Notes under the pieces: generated by a model | Told to the model about the DNA's origin: nothing | The model's input: only the letters and a program-made list of their open reading frames with translations | Database searches by the model: none | Part shown: piece after piece, positions 1-10,433 of the stretch | Numbering within the stretch: the first letter of the stretch is position 1 | Layout of the letters: the number at the start of each line of letters is the position of its first letter | Program-made: the position numbers and the translations under genes | Source of the DNA: Candidatus Latescibacterota bacterium | GTDB taxonomy: Bacteria; Latescibacterota; UBA2968; UBA8231 | DNA: 64,000 nt | Assembly (NCBI GenBank): GCA_965215195.1 | Contig: CBDCDC010000001.1 | Coordinates: forward strand, 704,001 to 768,000 | Direction of reading: 5' to 3'

Positions 1-234
1 TTTCCCTACATCGAGGTGCGCAATCCCACGGCCCACGTCGAACACGAGGCTTCCACCTCCAAGATCGGCGAGGACCAAATTTTCTACTGCAACCAGCGCG
101 GGATTTCCACCGAAGACGCCATCTCCATGATCGTCAACGGCTTCTGCAAGGAAGTCCTCGCCGAGCTGCCCATGGAGTTCGCCGTCGAAGCGCAAAAGCT
201 GCTCGGCATCAGCCTCGAAGGCAGCGTGGGGTAG
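1..234 (+). CDS. sufB: Fe-S cluster assembly protein SufB, C-terminal end (partial)
   Basis: [46 protein letters not shown] is the SufB C-terminus; the frame is open from base 1. Confidence 0.96.
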   Translation, partial: FPYIEVRNPTAHVEHEASTSKIGEDQIFYCNQRGISTEDAISMIVNGFCKEVLAELPMEFAVEAQKLLGISLEGSVG

Positions 235-293
235 GTGAGTGCGCGAGGGGCTACGAGGTTGTACGCTACTGGCGATGGCCGAAGGATAAGCCC

Positions 294-3200
294 GTGAATA
301 CGACGATAGACCGACCAAACAGAGACGCCCTCAACAAGGCGCTGGACATCTACCGCGACGTCATGCGCCCGTTTATTGTCCGCTCTCTAAAGAGAGTTCG
401 GGGCCAGCAGGTCGAAGATGTGATATGCAATGCATTAAATGACCGCCAAGCCGAGCAGTTCAGCCAGAATCTGAGTAAGAACGGGCACGATGCAGAAGCT
501 TCAATAGATATTGGCGATTTTCCCCACCTCATCAGCAGGAAATGGAGTGGGATATTCCAACAGTCGTTCAGAGACGAGAGAGGGGTCCAAAGTGCATTAT
601 GGCTGATAAAGGAAGCACGAGATAAAGCGGCTCATCCTAGCCCACAGGACATAGACCTTGAGTTCGCCAGAACGCATCTGTTTCACATTGCCGACGTACT
701 CGGCAAAATCAATGCGCCGAAGCAGAAGCAGGCCGTAGAAACGATCAGGAACCAACTCGGCCAAAGCAATCCCGCCGCATCGGCCAAGAGCCGACCCGCA
801 ACGCCACCATCCCGTCTAACCAGCGATCTCGCTCCTTGGCGGACGGTCATCCGTCCCAACCCCGATGTGGCCCGAGGCACCTTCCAAGAGGCCGAGTTTG
901 CCGCCGATCTCCAACAAGTTCACGACGGACGCGCCGATGCAACTCAGTACGGCAATCCGGTCAGTTTCTTCAATCATACTTATATCACCCCGGGCATATA
1001 CACCCTGCTAGTGAACACCTTGAAGCGGCTTAGTGGCAACGGGGGCGATCCGGTTATCCAGACCAAAACGGGCTTTGGCGGCGGCAAGACTCACAGCCTC
1101 ATCGCGCTCTATCACCTAGTGAATAGCACCGACGCCTTGACCAATCCGAGCGGCAATGGCCAATCTGAGCAGACCTACAACGAGATACGCGGCATTATAA
1201 AAGAGGCCGGGCTGGATCCAAGTATTGGCGTTCAGGCCCGCATCGCCGTGCTTGACGGCACCTATCTTTCGCCCACCGATGCGGCCAAAACCCCAAACGG
1301 CGATCCGCTTAACACCCTGTGGGGCGTGATGGCTTACCAACTCGGCGGACAGGACGCCTACGACCTAGTCGGCCAAGCAGCGCGACAGGGAACCGCGCCG
1401 GGCGGCGCTCAACTCGACCAGCTATTCGCACACCTCGGGCCGTGCGTCATCCTCATTGACGAGCTTGTGGCGTATGTGCGCAATGCCGGAAACGCGCAGG
1501 ACAACATCTTAACCTTCGTTCAGGCCCTCACCCAAGCAGTTCGTAGGAACAGCAACGCGGCCCTTGTAGTAACCCTGCCCGAAAGCAGCGTCGAGGCGGG
1601 AAGCGAGGCCGGCATGGAGGCCCTCAACCGGCTTGAGCACCTCTTAGGGCGCATTGAGGCTGTGTGGGAACCCCTTGAGACCAACGAAGCGTTTGAAGTG
1701 GTGCGCCGCAGATTGTTCGGCAATGACATAGACGAGGCCGCAAGGGATCGCACCTGCGGAGCCTTCGCAGCTATGTATAGTAGAACGAGGAATGAGTACC
1801 CCCGCGATGCCGGTGAGCAGCACTATCTTGAGCGGCTGCGAGCCTGCTACCCCATCCACCCGGAGATTTTCGACCGCCTCTATTTGGATTGGTCTTCTAT
1901 TACCCAGTTCCAGCGTACGCGCGGCGTCCTGCGGATGATGGCCAATTGCGTCAGCCGTCTGTATTTAGACAACGATGCTTCCCCGCTAATCATGCCGGCC
2001 AATCTGACCTTGAGCGATACGGCATTGGCCAACGAATTTGTCAGGCTGCTTGGTAGCCAATGGGGACCCGTTCTGTCAGAGGTAGATAGCAACAACTCCA
2101 GGACCGACAACATTGACCGGGCATCCCAGCGATTCGGCGAGGTCGGCGGTGCCGCTCGGCGCATAGCCCGCACAATTTTCCTCGGCAGTTCCGGTAGCGG
2201 TGCCGTCAAAGGCATTGATGCCCGTCAGATTCGCCTCGGCGTGGTCCAGCCTAAACACGGCGTCTCAGTGTACAACGATGCCCTCAGCCGAATTAGCGGT
2301 GATCTCTACTACCTTTATAGTAGTGAGGGACGGTACTACTTCCACGCCGAGGAAAACCTCAACAAGATCGCCACGGATCGCGCCGCGGCCTTGGGCAGAA
2401 GAGACATTAACGACCACATCGTCGCGCAGTTGCAAGAGGCGGTTGGACGACGACCAGACGTTATCGTATGCCCAGCTAACTCTGGGGCTGTGTCCGACGC
2501 GGATGCGGTGCGCCTCGTGCTTTTGCACCCTGATATGTCACTGCCGAGCCGAGCCAGTGAGAAAGACGACGCCGAACCAGAAGTGCAGCGGATACTACAG
2601 TACTGCGGCGATAATCCCCGAGTCCGCAGGAATACCCTGCTCTTTCTAGCGGCGAGAAAAGACGAGGCCCGCGATCTAAACAACAGGGTTAAGACGTTTC
2701 TCGCTTGGCATTCCATCGTCAACGGCGAGCACCAAATCAAAAACCTCTCAGGGGACCGTCTCAAACAGGCTCAGAGCAATCTCCGGGCAGCAGAAACAGA
2801 GGTGCGAACTGCCTTAGTCAGAGCCTATCGCTGGGCCATCGCCCCGGTCCAAGACGACCCGCAGAAGGCTGAATACCGCTTGGCCGTCTCGCAAACTGAC
2901 GCCACAGATGGCGAGATCGTTAACAATGCCTTCGACAAGTTCATCGGAGACGAGGCCCTCGTAGAGCACATAAGCCCTTCGGCACTAGCTACCATGTTGA
3001 AGCAGTACGTATGGGATAATCCAAACCACCAAGACCACATTGGCATAGATGTCTTGTGGGATATGATGACCAGCTATATGTACATGCACCGTCTCCGCAG
3101 TAGAGCTGTCCTGCAACATTGTATCGAACAAGGTGTGCCCGACGGGGCTTTCGGCTATGCCGAGTCCTATGATGAGGATCAGTACGAGGGGATGCGCTTC

Positions 3201-3611
3201 CGCGAGCCGATCCGTGGCTCGGCGTCCAATGCGAGTGATCGCAGTGCAACGCTGTTGGTCAATCCCGAGATGGCGGTGCTTGTAATGGAGGAAGGGGGAC
3301 CACAAGAGAAGCAGCCGGCCCAAGAGCTACCTCCCAGTCCTACTGACGGCACTCAGTCGCTCCAGCCTGCACCGCCTTCAACGCCGCATGGTCCCAAGCG
3401 CATCGTCGCCAGCAAGACGGCTGAGAACGACGTATCTCTGGACGACTTCAACCAGTTGCGCGAGGAGATCATCCGCACTCTACGCGACGGCGGCGGCACA
3501 GTCACCGTTACCATTACCATCGCGGCGCACAAGGCCGACGGCTTCGCCGAGAGCACGACCCGCGCCGTACGTGAGAACAGCGTCCAACTTGGCATTGACC
3601 TGAAATGTTAG
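294..3611 (+). CDS. DUF499-family ATPase with N-terminal Swt1-like HEPN domain
   Basis: EFAADL, Walker A TGFGGGKTHS, Walker B ILIDELVAY, YPIHPE, FQRTRGVLR; N-terminal helical domain with RDKAAH (RxxxxH-type) motif. Confidence 0.88.
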   Translation: MNTTIDRPNRDALNKALDIYRDVMRPFIVRSLKRVRGQQVEDVICNALNDRQAEQFSQNLSKNGHDAEASIDIGDFPHLISRKWSGIFQQSFRDERGVQSALWLIKEARDKAAHPSPQDIDLEFARTHLFHIADVLGKINAPKQKQAVETIRNQLGQSNPAASAKSRPATPPSRLTSDLAPWRTVIRPNPDVARGTFQEAEFAADLQQVHDGRADATQYGNPVSFFNHTYITPGIYTLLVNTLKRLSGNGGDPVIQTKTGFGGGKTHSLIALYHLVNSTDALTNPSGNGQSEQTYNEIRGIIKEAGLDPSIGVQARIAVLDGTYLSPTDAAKTPNGDPLNTLWGVMAYQLGGQDAYDLVGQAARQGTAPGGAQLDQLFAHLGPCVILIDELVAYVRNAGNAQDNILTFVQALTQAVRRNSNAALVVTLPESSVEAGSEAGMEALNRLEHLLGRIEAVWEPLETNEAFEVVRRRLFGNDIDEAARDRTCGAFAAMYSRTRNEYPRDAGEQHYLERLRACYPIHPEIFDRLYLDWSSITQFQRTRGVLRMMANCVSRLYLDNDASPLIMPANLTLSDTALANEFVRLLGSQWGPVLSEVDSNNSRTDNIDRASQRFGEVGGAARRIARTIFLGSSGSGAVKGIDARQIRLGVVQPKHGVSVYNDALSRISGDLYYLYSSEGRYYFHAEENLNKIATDRAAALGRRDINDHIVAQLQEAVGRRPDVIVCPANSGAVSDADAVRLVLLHPDMSLPSRASEKDDAEPEVQRILQYCGDNPRVRRNTLLFLAARKDEARDLNNRVKTFLAWHSIVNGEHQIKNLSGDRLKQAQSNLRAAETEVRTALVRAYRWAIAPVQDDPQKAEYRLAVSQTDATDGEIVNNAFDKFIGDEALVEHISPSALATMLKQYVWDNPNHQDHIGIDVLWDMMTSYMYMHRLRSRAVLQHCIEQGVPDGAFGYAESYDEDQYEGMRFREPIRGSASNASDRSATLLVNPEMAVLVMEEGGPQEKQPAQELPPSPTDGTQSLQPAPPSTPHGPKRIVASKTAENDVSLDDFNQLREEIIRTLRDGGGTVTVTITIAAHKADGFAESTTRAVRENSVQLGIDLKC

Positions 3612-3728
3612 AAGCCGTAACCCACATCGAGTCGTGTTGAGCATCGGTCTAAAGGCTTTGAAATGGAGCATTTTTCGAGAGCGAGATGCCCTTGCTCCCT
3701 AATTACTCCGCAAAATGGGACTGATCCT

Positions 3729-4652
3729 ATGAAATACTATTTAACTCGTGCGACGCTCGGAGCGACCGATCTTGAAATCGATGAGAACGAATACGAGGAC
3801 TACAAGGAGTCAAGTAAGGTGCTATCAAGCTGCCTGTCCCTTGAGGAGAGCTATGAAATTCTGATCTCAAACTATATCGATCTGGAAAATGAGCAGCTAG
3901 CGTGGGCAACGCTTAGCATGGTAAGGAACGTTTCGGAGGATGATTTTTTTAACGTAACACTCTCGTTAGATCGGCGAATGGTGAATTTTTTGACAACAGC
4001 CCGTCTGCATATTGAACATCTTCAGAAGAGGGGAGGCGACTGCATGAGAGGCCAGTCCATTGAAAAAATGAAGGCCGTCATTAAGTCGTTCTGCGATGCT
4101 GAAAAAGCCGATAAACCGGAGTATAAGTTCATGTGGGATCTCCGAAATGAAGTACTGCACTCGAGCTTAGCAACTCACTGGTTTAGCTTCTCTACAAGTC
4201 GGACGAACTCGTTTGATGATCCAATCCCAAAGTTCGAGTTCTCGTTAAAATTCGGATCGTTAAAATCGTCGTTATCCACTGGTTTTAAGCCGGAGGAACT
4301 CGATACCATGTCAAGCGAAGACCGAGTCGAGTTGATGTCGATTGCTAGGGTCTATATGGAATCCCTCAGCACTGTTCAAGTAAAGTTTAGGAAGTACGTA
4401 GCAGAGTCGGTTAATCAAGCGCGTAGCAGAATGGAAGAGGCTTTTTGTCGGTACAGAGAAGTATGTGAGGATAGCCTAACCTACCTAGAGCTTTGGAAAG
4501 TTGACGACTCGGATAAGACTATCGAGGAGCCAGCCTTCTCTTTATTCTATGACGACCAGCGCATTCAGTTACAAGATAAGAACCGTGAGCTCGTCAACTT
4601 GCGTAACAGCCATGTAACTGGAAAAATAGGCCGGGTGCCCAAGGGACCATGA
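3729..4652 (+). CDS. hypothetical protein (AT-rich cargo; possible HEPN-like RxxxxH motif)
   Basis: long ORF; ATG at 3729 preferred; LRNEVLH motif. Confidence 0.65.
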   Translation: MKYYLTRATLGATDLEIDENEYEDYKESSKVLSSCLSLEESYEILISNYIDLENEQLAWATLSMVRNVSEDDFFNVTLSLDRRMVNFLTTARLHIEHLQKRGGDCMRGQSIEKMKAVIKSFCDAEKADKPEYKFMWDLRNEVLHSSLATHWFSFSTSRTNSFDDPIPKFEFSLKFGSLKSSLSTGFKPEELDTMSSEDRVELMSIARVYMESLSTVQVKFRKYVAESVNQARSRMEEAFCRYREVCEDSLTYLELWKVDDSDKTIEEPAFSLFYDDQRIQLQDKNRELVNLRNSHVTGKIGRVPKGP

Positions 4653-4894
4653 CCAAATACAGAATAAAGCCTCAAGGTTCTAACCGGACGCAAGAACATG
4701 ACGCTATGTTAAAGGAGGCATTATCCCGTCTAGGTGTCCGTGAAGTTATGCGGGTTTACCAAAACCACCAAGAGATGGATAAGAGGCTTGGTCCTTACTG
4801 CCTGGCAACCAAATATCCGGGAAGTGTGATAACGACTGACCATACTAATCCCAGTAAACCTGTACAAAAAGCGTCTAGTTCGACCCGCAAATGA
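4649..4894 (+). CDS. small hypothetical protein
   Basis: ATGA overlap with upstream stop; 81 aa. Confidence 0.5.
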   Translation: MTKYRIKPQGSNRTQEHDAMLKEALSRLGVREVMRVYQNHQEMDKRLGPYCLATKYPGSVITTDHTNPSKPVQKASSSTRK

Positions 4895-4906
4895 AAGGAA
4901 CACGCC

Positions 4907-5428
4907 ATGACAACCGCTGAACAAGCCCACGCTCCACTTTGGCAGGACCGGATCGTCAAAAACCCGCTGATACTCGGTGGCAAGCCCATTGTGAAGGGAA
5001 CCCGGCTCTCCGTTGAATTCATAACCAGCGAACTCGAACGGGGCCGCACCGAAGCTGACATCCTCAGCGACTACTCGTCGCATCTCACCTCGGAAGATAT
5101 CGAGGCATGTCGCGAGTACAAAGCTACCGGTGCCAAGCTGTCCTATACCACTTGGGCCATGCAGGATGCCTTGATGGACGGCAACATCACCGCAGAGGAA
5201 TTTGAGGCCCTGAAGAAAGAACAGATCACTTGGGAGGAACTGCACACTCTGAAGGGTGGCGGCGTCACTTGGGCACAACTCAACGCGCTAAGAGCCGGCA
5301 AGATCACTTGGGCGCAATTGGACGACCTGAGAGCTGGCAAGATCACTTGGGAGGAACTCGACGCCGCAATGGGCGGCAGATACAAGATGATCTGGCAAAA
5401 ACTGATCGAGCCAACTTACAATGCGTAA
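4907..5428 (+). CDS. DUF433 antitoxin-like protein with C-terminal 13-aa repeats
   Basis: RIVKNPLILGGKPIVKGTRLSV..DILSDY..LTSEDI DUF433 motif; AAGGA RBS. Confidence 0.85.
   Translation: MTTAEQAHAPLWQDRIVKNPLILGGKPIVKGTRLSVEFITSELERGRTEADILSDYSSHLTSEDIEACREYKATGAKLSYTTWAMQDALMDGNITAEEFEALKKEQITWEELHTLKGGGVTWAQLNALRAGKITWAQLDDLRAGKITWEELDAAMGGRYKMIWQKLIEPTYNA
5147..5380 (+). repeat. six 39-bp (13-aa) coding tandem repeats, SHOCT-like
   Basis: TTWAMQDALMDGN/ITAEEFEALKKEQ/ITWEELHTLKGGG/VTWAQLNALRAGK/ITWAQLDDLRAGK/ITWEELDAAMGGR. Confidence 0.85.
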
Positions 5429-5453
5429 AAAGCATATAATAAGGAGCGTATTA

Positions 5454-5717
5454 ATGGCAAAGACAATGGTCGAAATTCCCGATCACAAAATGGCAGAGTT
5501 GGAAGCCTACAAAGACCGCTTGGGCGACCTGTTGCTGCTAGGATTGTCTCAGATCAAAATTCAGGAAGCCCTGTTGCTCTATAAGCGAGGGGTTATATCA
5601 ATTGGCCGGGCAGCAGAACTCGCCGGCTCGACAGAGCAGGAAGTGGTGAATCAAGCTCGGGCCTTGGGGATTCAACCACGCTGGAGTGAGACCCAAGTTC
5701 AAGAAGAACTGGCGTGA
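5454..5717 (+). CDS. UPF0175-family antitoxin-like protein
   Basis: ALLLYKRGVISIGRAAELAG motif; AAGGAG RBS before ATG 5454. Confidence 0.8.
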   Translation: MAKTMVEIPDHKMAELEAYKDRLGDLLLLGLSQIKIQEALLLYKRGVISIGRAAELAGSTEQEVVNQARALGIQPRWSETQVQEELA

Positions 5718-5738
5718 TCGAAACAGAACAGTAGGAAC

Positions 5739-8564
5739 ATGACCACCCAAACCCCATACCGCCGCAAACTCATCGAGGTTGACTTGCCCCTCGACGACAT
5801 CAATCGCGACTCCGCCCGCGAAAAGTCCATTCGGCACGGCCATCCTTCGACCCTGCATCTGTGGTGGGCGCGTCGTCCGCTGGCGGCTTGTCGCGCCGTC
5901 ATTTTCGCCAGCATGGTAGATGATCCGGCCGACTGTCCCGACGAGTTCCCTACTGACGCGGACCGACGCGAAGAGCGCGAGCGGCTCCACAACATCATTC
6001 GGCAGCTTGTCAAATGGGAGAACACCGACGAAAGTAAAACCGCAGGCAGGGAACTCTTGGCGGCAGCGCGGTGCGAAATTGCTCGCTCCGTGGCGCGTAC
6101 ACGCGGCGAAACCGCGCCCACTGATCCGGCGGAAGTGCTGCGCTATCTCAACGACAATGTCCGGCCGATTTACGACCCCTTCGCCGGCGGCGGCTCCATA
6201 CCGCTCGAAGCGCAACGGCTCGGGCTGCGGGCAGTCGCCTCCGATCTCAACCCGGTGGCCGTGCTCATCAACAAGGCATTGATCGAACTCCCGCCCAAAT
6301 TCAAAAGCCGACCGCCTGTTAACCCCGACGCCGACCACATGGCAATGACCGTCGGCAAGGGCAAAAAGGCACAGCGGCTCCCTTGGCGCGGTGCGGCGGG
6401 GCTGGCTGACGACATCCGTTACTACGGCCGCTGGATGCGCGAGGAGGCGTTTAAGCGGATCGGCCATCTCTATCCGCAGGCGAAACTGCCCGATGGTAGC
6501 GACGCTACCGTAATCGCGTGGCTGTGGGCGCGAACCGTCCCCTGCCCCAACCCGGCCTGTGGCATCGCGATGCCACTAATGGCCACGTTCCAATTGTCGA
6601 AGAAGAACAACAACGAACATTGGACGCGGCCAGTTGTTGATCGCGAGAAAAATCGCATCGCCTTTGTGGTACAAAACCACAACGTCGGTGTTCCCAAAAG
6701 CGGCACAGTGAATAGAAACGGCGCGACCTGTCTTAGCTGTGGCGGTGTGGTGAAACTGCCTTACGTGCGCGAGCAGGCGCGGGCGGGCAACATGGGCGAG
6801 GCTATGACGGCGATTGTCGCCGAGGGGGACCGCAAGCGGCTGTTTCTGTCGCCTACTGAAGAACACATCAAAGCCGCGCAGGAAGCTACCCCCGCTTGGC
6901 GACCCAGCGGCAGCCTGCCTGAACAAGCAAGAAGCATCAGTGTCCAGATTTACGGGTTCACAGAGTGGTACAAACTTTTCACGGAACGTCAGCTAGCCGC
7001 GCTGACCACGTTTAGCGACCTGATGCCAGAGGTTCGTAATCAAATCAAACAGGGTGAGGTGGAAGAGGAATACGCCGATGCGGTTTGTACATATCTTTCG
7101 TTGATGACTGGCAAAATTGCTGACAACGGTTGCAGCTTTGCATCTTGGCATAATGGTAGAGACACTATCCGTAGCGTTTTCGCACGTCAAGGGATTGGGA
7201 TGGTTTGGGATTTCGCTGAATCGAATCTCTTTTCCGACTCAACAGGCAATTGGCTGTCTCACATTGAGTGGATTGCCAGAGCGGTCAATCATCTGCCCGC
7301 CGATGTGAATGATGGAGAAGTGCACCAAGCGGACGCCTCCACGACGATCCACGCTGATAACGGTCCCGTCATCGTCACCGATCCGCCCTACTACGATAAC
7401 ATACACTATGCTGATTCATCAGACTTTTTCTATGTCTGGTTGCGTCCTCTGCTCCGCGACGCCTACCCCGACCTATTTGCTGGCATACTGACCCCCAAAA
7501 CCGAAGAAATGGTTGCCAACCGATTTCGCTTTGAAAATTACAGTCAACAATTTGAGGACCAGCTAAGTAAGACGCTGCGGTTGATACGGGAACGCTGCTC
7601 GGCTGAGTTCCCGTCGTCCATCTTCTATGCCTACAAGCAGCAGGAGGAAGAGCGTGCAGGTAGAGCCTCCACCGGCTGGGAAACCATGCTGAGCGCGATC
7701 GTTTCAGCGGGCTTTGAGATCGTCGGCACTTGGCCCATGCGAACTGAGATGAGGAATCGATCAAATGCGATGAGTACAAATGCCCTCGCCTCGTCTGTCG
7801 TCCTCGTCTGCCGTCCGCGCCCCAAGGATGCACCCGTTGCCACGCGCCGCCAGTTCTTTGATGCGCTGGAGAGAGAGCTGCCCGAAGCCCTCGACCAACT
7901 CACCCGCGCAGGCCACATTGCGCCGACCGATCTGGCGCAAGCCGCCATCGGCCCCGGAATGCAGATTTACTCGCGCTACAGCCGCGTGGAGACCATAAGT
8001 GGCGAGCCGGTCCCGGTGCGCGAGGCCCTAGCGGCCATTAACCGAGCCATCGCCGATTACGACGAGCGACAGGAAGGCGATTTGGATGCAGAGAGCCGCT
8101 TCTGCCTCGACTGGCTAAAACAGCACGGTTATGGAGAAGGCCAGTACGGCGAAGCCGAGACGCTAGCCCGCGCCAAAAACGTAGCCATCGGCAAATTGCA
8201 AAATCTGGACGGCCTACTCACTGCCGAAAGGGGTGTTGTACAGCTTTTGTCAATAGACGAGTACAGCGCCGAGCGCCCGTTGTCCCTCGGCGACATGGCA
8301 GCGTGGGAAGGGTGCTTCCGCATGGCGTACCATTTGAACCGCGAGGAAGGCAGAGGTATTGAAGGTGCGGGTATGGTTGCGCGGGAAATGGATGGCAACG
8401 TCGAATCCGTCGAGCGATTGGCGCGCATTCTCTACAATCACTACGACCGCAAAGGCGACTCACAAAACGCGGTCATCTTCAACAATCTCGTCACCGCGTG
8501 GCAAGACATCCTTTCTGCCCTCTCAAGGATGAAAGAAGATGCACAAGGCCAGCTATTCCAATAA
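5739..8564 (+). CDS. DUF1156-family adenine-specific DNA methyltransferase
   Basis: HLWWARRPLAACRA, SAM motif YDPFAGGGSIPLE, Zn ribbon CPNPAC/CLSC, catalytic TDPPYY. Confidence 0.92.
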   Translation: MTTQTPYRRKLIEVDLPLDDINRDSAREKSIRHGHPSTLHLWWARRPLAACRAVIFASMVDDPADCPDEFPTDADRREERERLHNIIRQLVKWENTDESKTAGRELLAAARCEIARSVARTRGETAPTDPAEVLRYLNDNVRPIYDPFAGGGSIPLEAQRLGLRAVASDLNPVAVLINKALIELPPKFKSRPPVNPDADHMAMTVGKGKKAQRLPWRGAAGLADDIRYYGRWMREEAFKRIGHLYPQAKLPDGSDATVIAWLWARTVPCPNPACGIAMPLMATFQLSKKNNNEHWTRPVVDREKNRIAFVVQNHNVGVPKSGTVNRNGATCLSCGGVVKLPYVREQARAGNMGEAMTAIVAEGDRKRLFLSPTEEHIKAAQEATPAWRPSGSLPEQARSISVQIYGFTEWYKLFTERQLAALTTFSDLMPEVRNQIKQGEVEEEYADAVCTYLSLMTGKIADNGCSFASWHNGRDTIRSVFARQGIGMVWDFAESNLFSDSTGNWLSHIEWIARAVNHLPADVNDGEVHQADASTTIHADNGPVIVTDPPYYDNIHYADSSDFFYVWLRPLLRDAYPDLFAGILTPKTEEMVANRFRFENYSQQFEDQLSKTLRLIRERCSAEFPSSIFYAYKQQEEERAGRASTGWETMLSAIVSAGFEIVGTWPMRTEMRNRSNAMSTNALASSVVLVCRPRPKDAPVATRRQFFDALERELPEALDQLTRAGHIAPTDLAQAAIGPGMQIYSRYSRVETISGEPVPVREALAAINRAIADYDERQEGDLDAESRFCLDWLKQHGYGEGQYGEAETLARAKNVAIGKLQNLDGLLTAERGVVQLLSIDEYSAERPLSLGDMAAWEGCFRMAYHLNREEGRGIEGAGMVAREMDGNVESVERLARILYNHYDRKGDSQNAVIFNNLVTAWQDILSALSRMKEDAQGQLFQ

Positions 8565-8895
8565 TTTGTTCGCCAAGAAGTACCAATTAGAAAACAACCT
8601 ATGCCCATTCAACCGGGAGGAGGTACAAAAGCTACCAAAGGACCGTTGCGGCCTATATGCCCTGTGGCTGCCCGATGAACGGCTCTACATCGGCATGTCC
8701 ACAACCTGCGTCCGCCGACGCCTGCTGGAGCACTTGAGGAACGAAGTTAATCCCGAACTTCGACGCCAACTCCGCATGTTCCCCGACCTAGTAGAGTTCT
8801 CGGTAACATTCACCGAAGTCGAAGAAGAAACCCGCGAGTTGGAGGCCGCCATCATCCGCGCTTGGCAACCCGAAACCAACCGAAATCTGCTGTAG
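8539..8895 (+). CDS. GIY-YIG nuclease family protein
   Basis: GLYALW...LYIGMS..VRRRLLEH...LEAAIIRAWQPETN; start uncertain. Confidence 0.8.
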   Translation: MHKASYSNNLFAKKYQLENNLCPFNREEVQKLPKDRCGLYALWLPDERLYIGMSTTCVRRRLLEHLRNEVNPELRRQLRMFPDLVEFSVTFTEVEEETRELEAAIIRAWQPETNRNLL

Positions 8896-8898
8896 TGG

Positions 8899-10428
8899 AT
8901 GACATCACATTTGCAGAACTCAGCCATGACTACGACATCCAGCGCAAAGCCCCTTGAGCTAACGGTTTCCAATTTCGGCCCAATCGCCGAGGCGAGCATT
9001 GAGTTGCGTCCAATGTCCGTGTTTGTGGGACCGAGCAATACCGGCAAGTCCTATATGGCGGCCTTGGTTTACGCGCTGCATAGATCTTTCAACGGGTACT
9101 CTGTAAATGCCAATTATAATAGCGCACACGATGCACGATCTTTGGTAGAAAAATTTGGTATGACTCGGATGCAGGAAATGCTTTTGGAATTGGAAACAGT
9201 GCCTTCGCTTGAGTTACAGGAACCTGTTGCAGCGTTAGTTCGCCAATCTCTTAACGATGTCGCACAATTGGGCAAAATTTTAGATAGCGAAATTACAAGA
9301 TGTTTTGGGACAGATAAGGCCAGAAACCTGATTCGCTATTCAAGTGGTGGCAGAACCGATTTTTCCTTGCGTGGTAATATCTCAACGGAAAATGAACGTA
9401 ATGATCCTTTTGAGTACAATGCTACGGTGAATCGAAAAATAAAAATAAATGCTTCGATTCCTAGTACTATGCCTGTGCGGATTGAGGCGAAGAATCTCCC
9501 ATTCCCTGTCGCAAGCTGGATATTCTCGCCCGAGGGGCAAGCGGAGGACACAACAGAGAAAATAACAGAACGTGTCATGACTGGGTTCGTTAAAACTTTC
9601 GCCAGTGCTTGTATCCCTAGCATCCTCGGCCCATTAGCTCGCCCCGCGCATTACCTTCCCGCTGACCGCGCCGGCATCATGCACGCGCACCAAGTGGCAG
9701 TGCGAGGCTTGATAGCAAGTGCATCGCGCATCGGGCTGCGACGCGACTCGCCGATGCCGATACTCTCTGGAGTTCTCGGCGACTTTATGGAGCAGCTTGT
9801 TGCATTGGCTGGTTCATCGAGAAGGGCACAGGATGAAAATTACGATGCCCTCGCACAGAACTTGGAGCAGACACTACTGCGCGGAGCCGTCCGCGTTGAA
9901 CAGTCGCCAATCAACTATCCTTCGTTTGTCTTTCGGCCTAATGGCTGGAAGCGCGATTTGCCCTTGATGAATGCGTCATCTATGGTCTCAGAATTAGCAC
10001 CTGTCGTACTGTACATGCGTCATGTCGTTCAGCCGGGCGACCTGCTCATTATTGAAGAGCCTGAGTCCCATCTGCACCCGGCCATGCAGGTGGAGTTTAC
10101 CCGTCAACTCGCGGCAGCCGTGCAGTCCGGTATCCGCATCATTATTACCACCCACAGCGAATGGGTACTGGAAGAATTGGCGAATCTGGTTCGCTTAGCG
10201 GAGCTTCCCAAGGAGCGGCGCGGCGGCCTTGATGATGCAGATGTAGTGCTCAGTCCCGACCAAGTAGGTGCGTGGTTTTTCGAGCCGAGTTCGGAAGGCA
10301 GCGGTTCCGTGGTGCGGGAAATTTCGCTCGATGTCGAGTCGGCAACCTTCCCGGCTGGCTTCGGGTTGGTCACCGAATCCCTCTACAACCGCTGGACGGA
10401 AATTTCCGCCCGCATTCAGGAAGGGTAA
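8899..10428 (+). CDS. ABC-type ATPase (AAA_15/AAA_21)
   Basis: NFGPI, Walker A GPSNTGKS, IIEEPESHLHP, ITTHS. Confidence 0.88.
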   Translation: MTSHLQNSAMTTTSSAKPLELTVSNFGPIAEASIELRPMSVFVGPSNTGKSYMAALVYALHRSFNGYSVNANYNSAHDARSLVEKFGMTRMQEMLLELETVPSLELQEPVAALVRQSLNDVAQLGKILDSEITRCFGTDKARNLIRYSSGGRTDFSLRGNISTENERNDPFEYNATVNRKIKINASIPSTMPVRIEAKNLPFPVASWIFSPEGQAEDTTEKITERVMTGFVKTFASACIPSILGPLARPAHYLPADRAGIMHAHQVAVRGLIASASRIGLRRDSPMPILSGVLGDFMEQLVALAGSSRRAQDENYDALAQNLEQTLLRGAVRVEQSPINYPSFVFRPNGWKRDLPLMNASSMVSELAPVVLYMRHVVQPGDLLIIEEPESHLHPAMQVEFTRQLAAAVQSGIRIIITTHSEWVLEELANLVRLAELPKERRGGLDDADVVLSPDQVGAWFFEPSSEGSGSVVREISLDVESATFPAGFGLVTESLYNRWTEISARIQEG

Positions 10429-10433
10429 TATCA

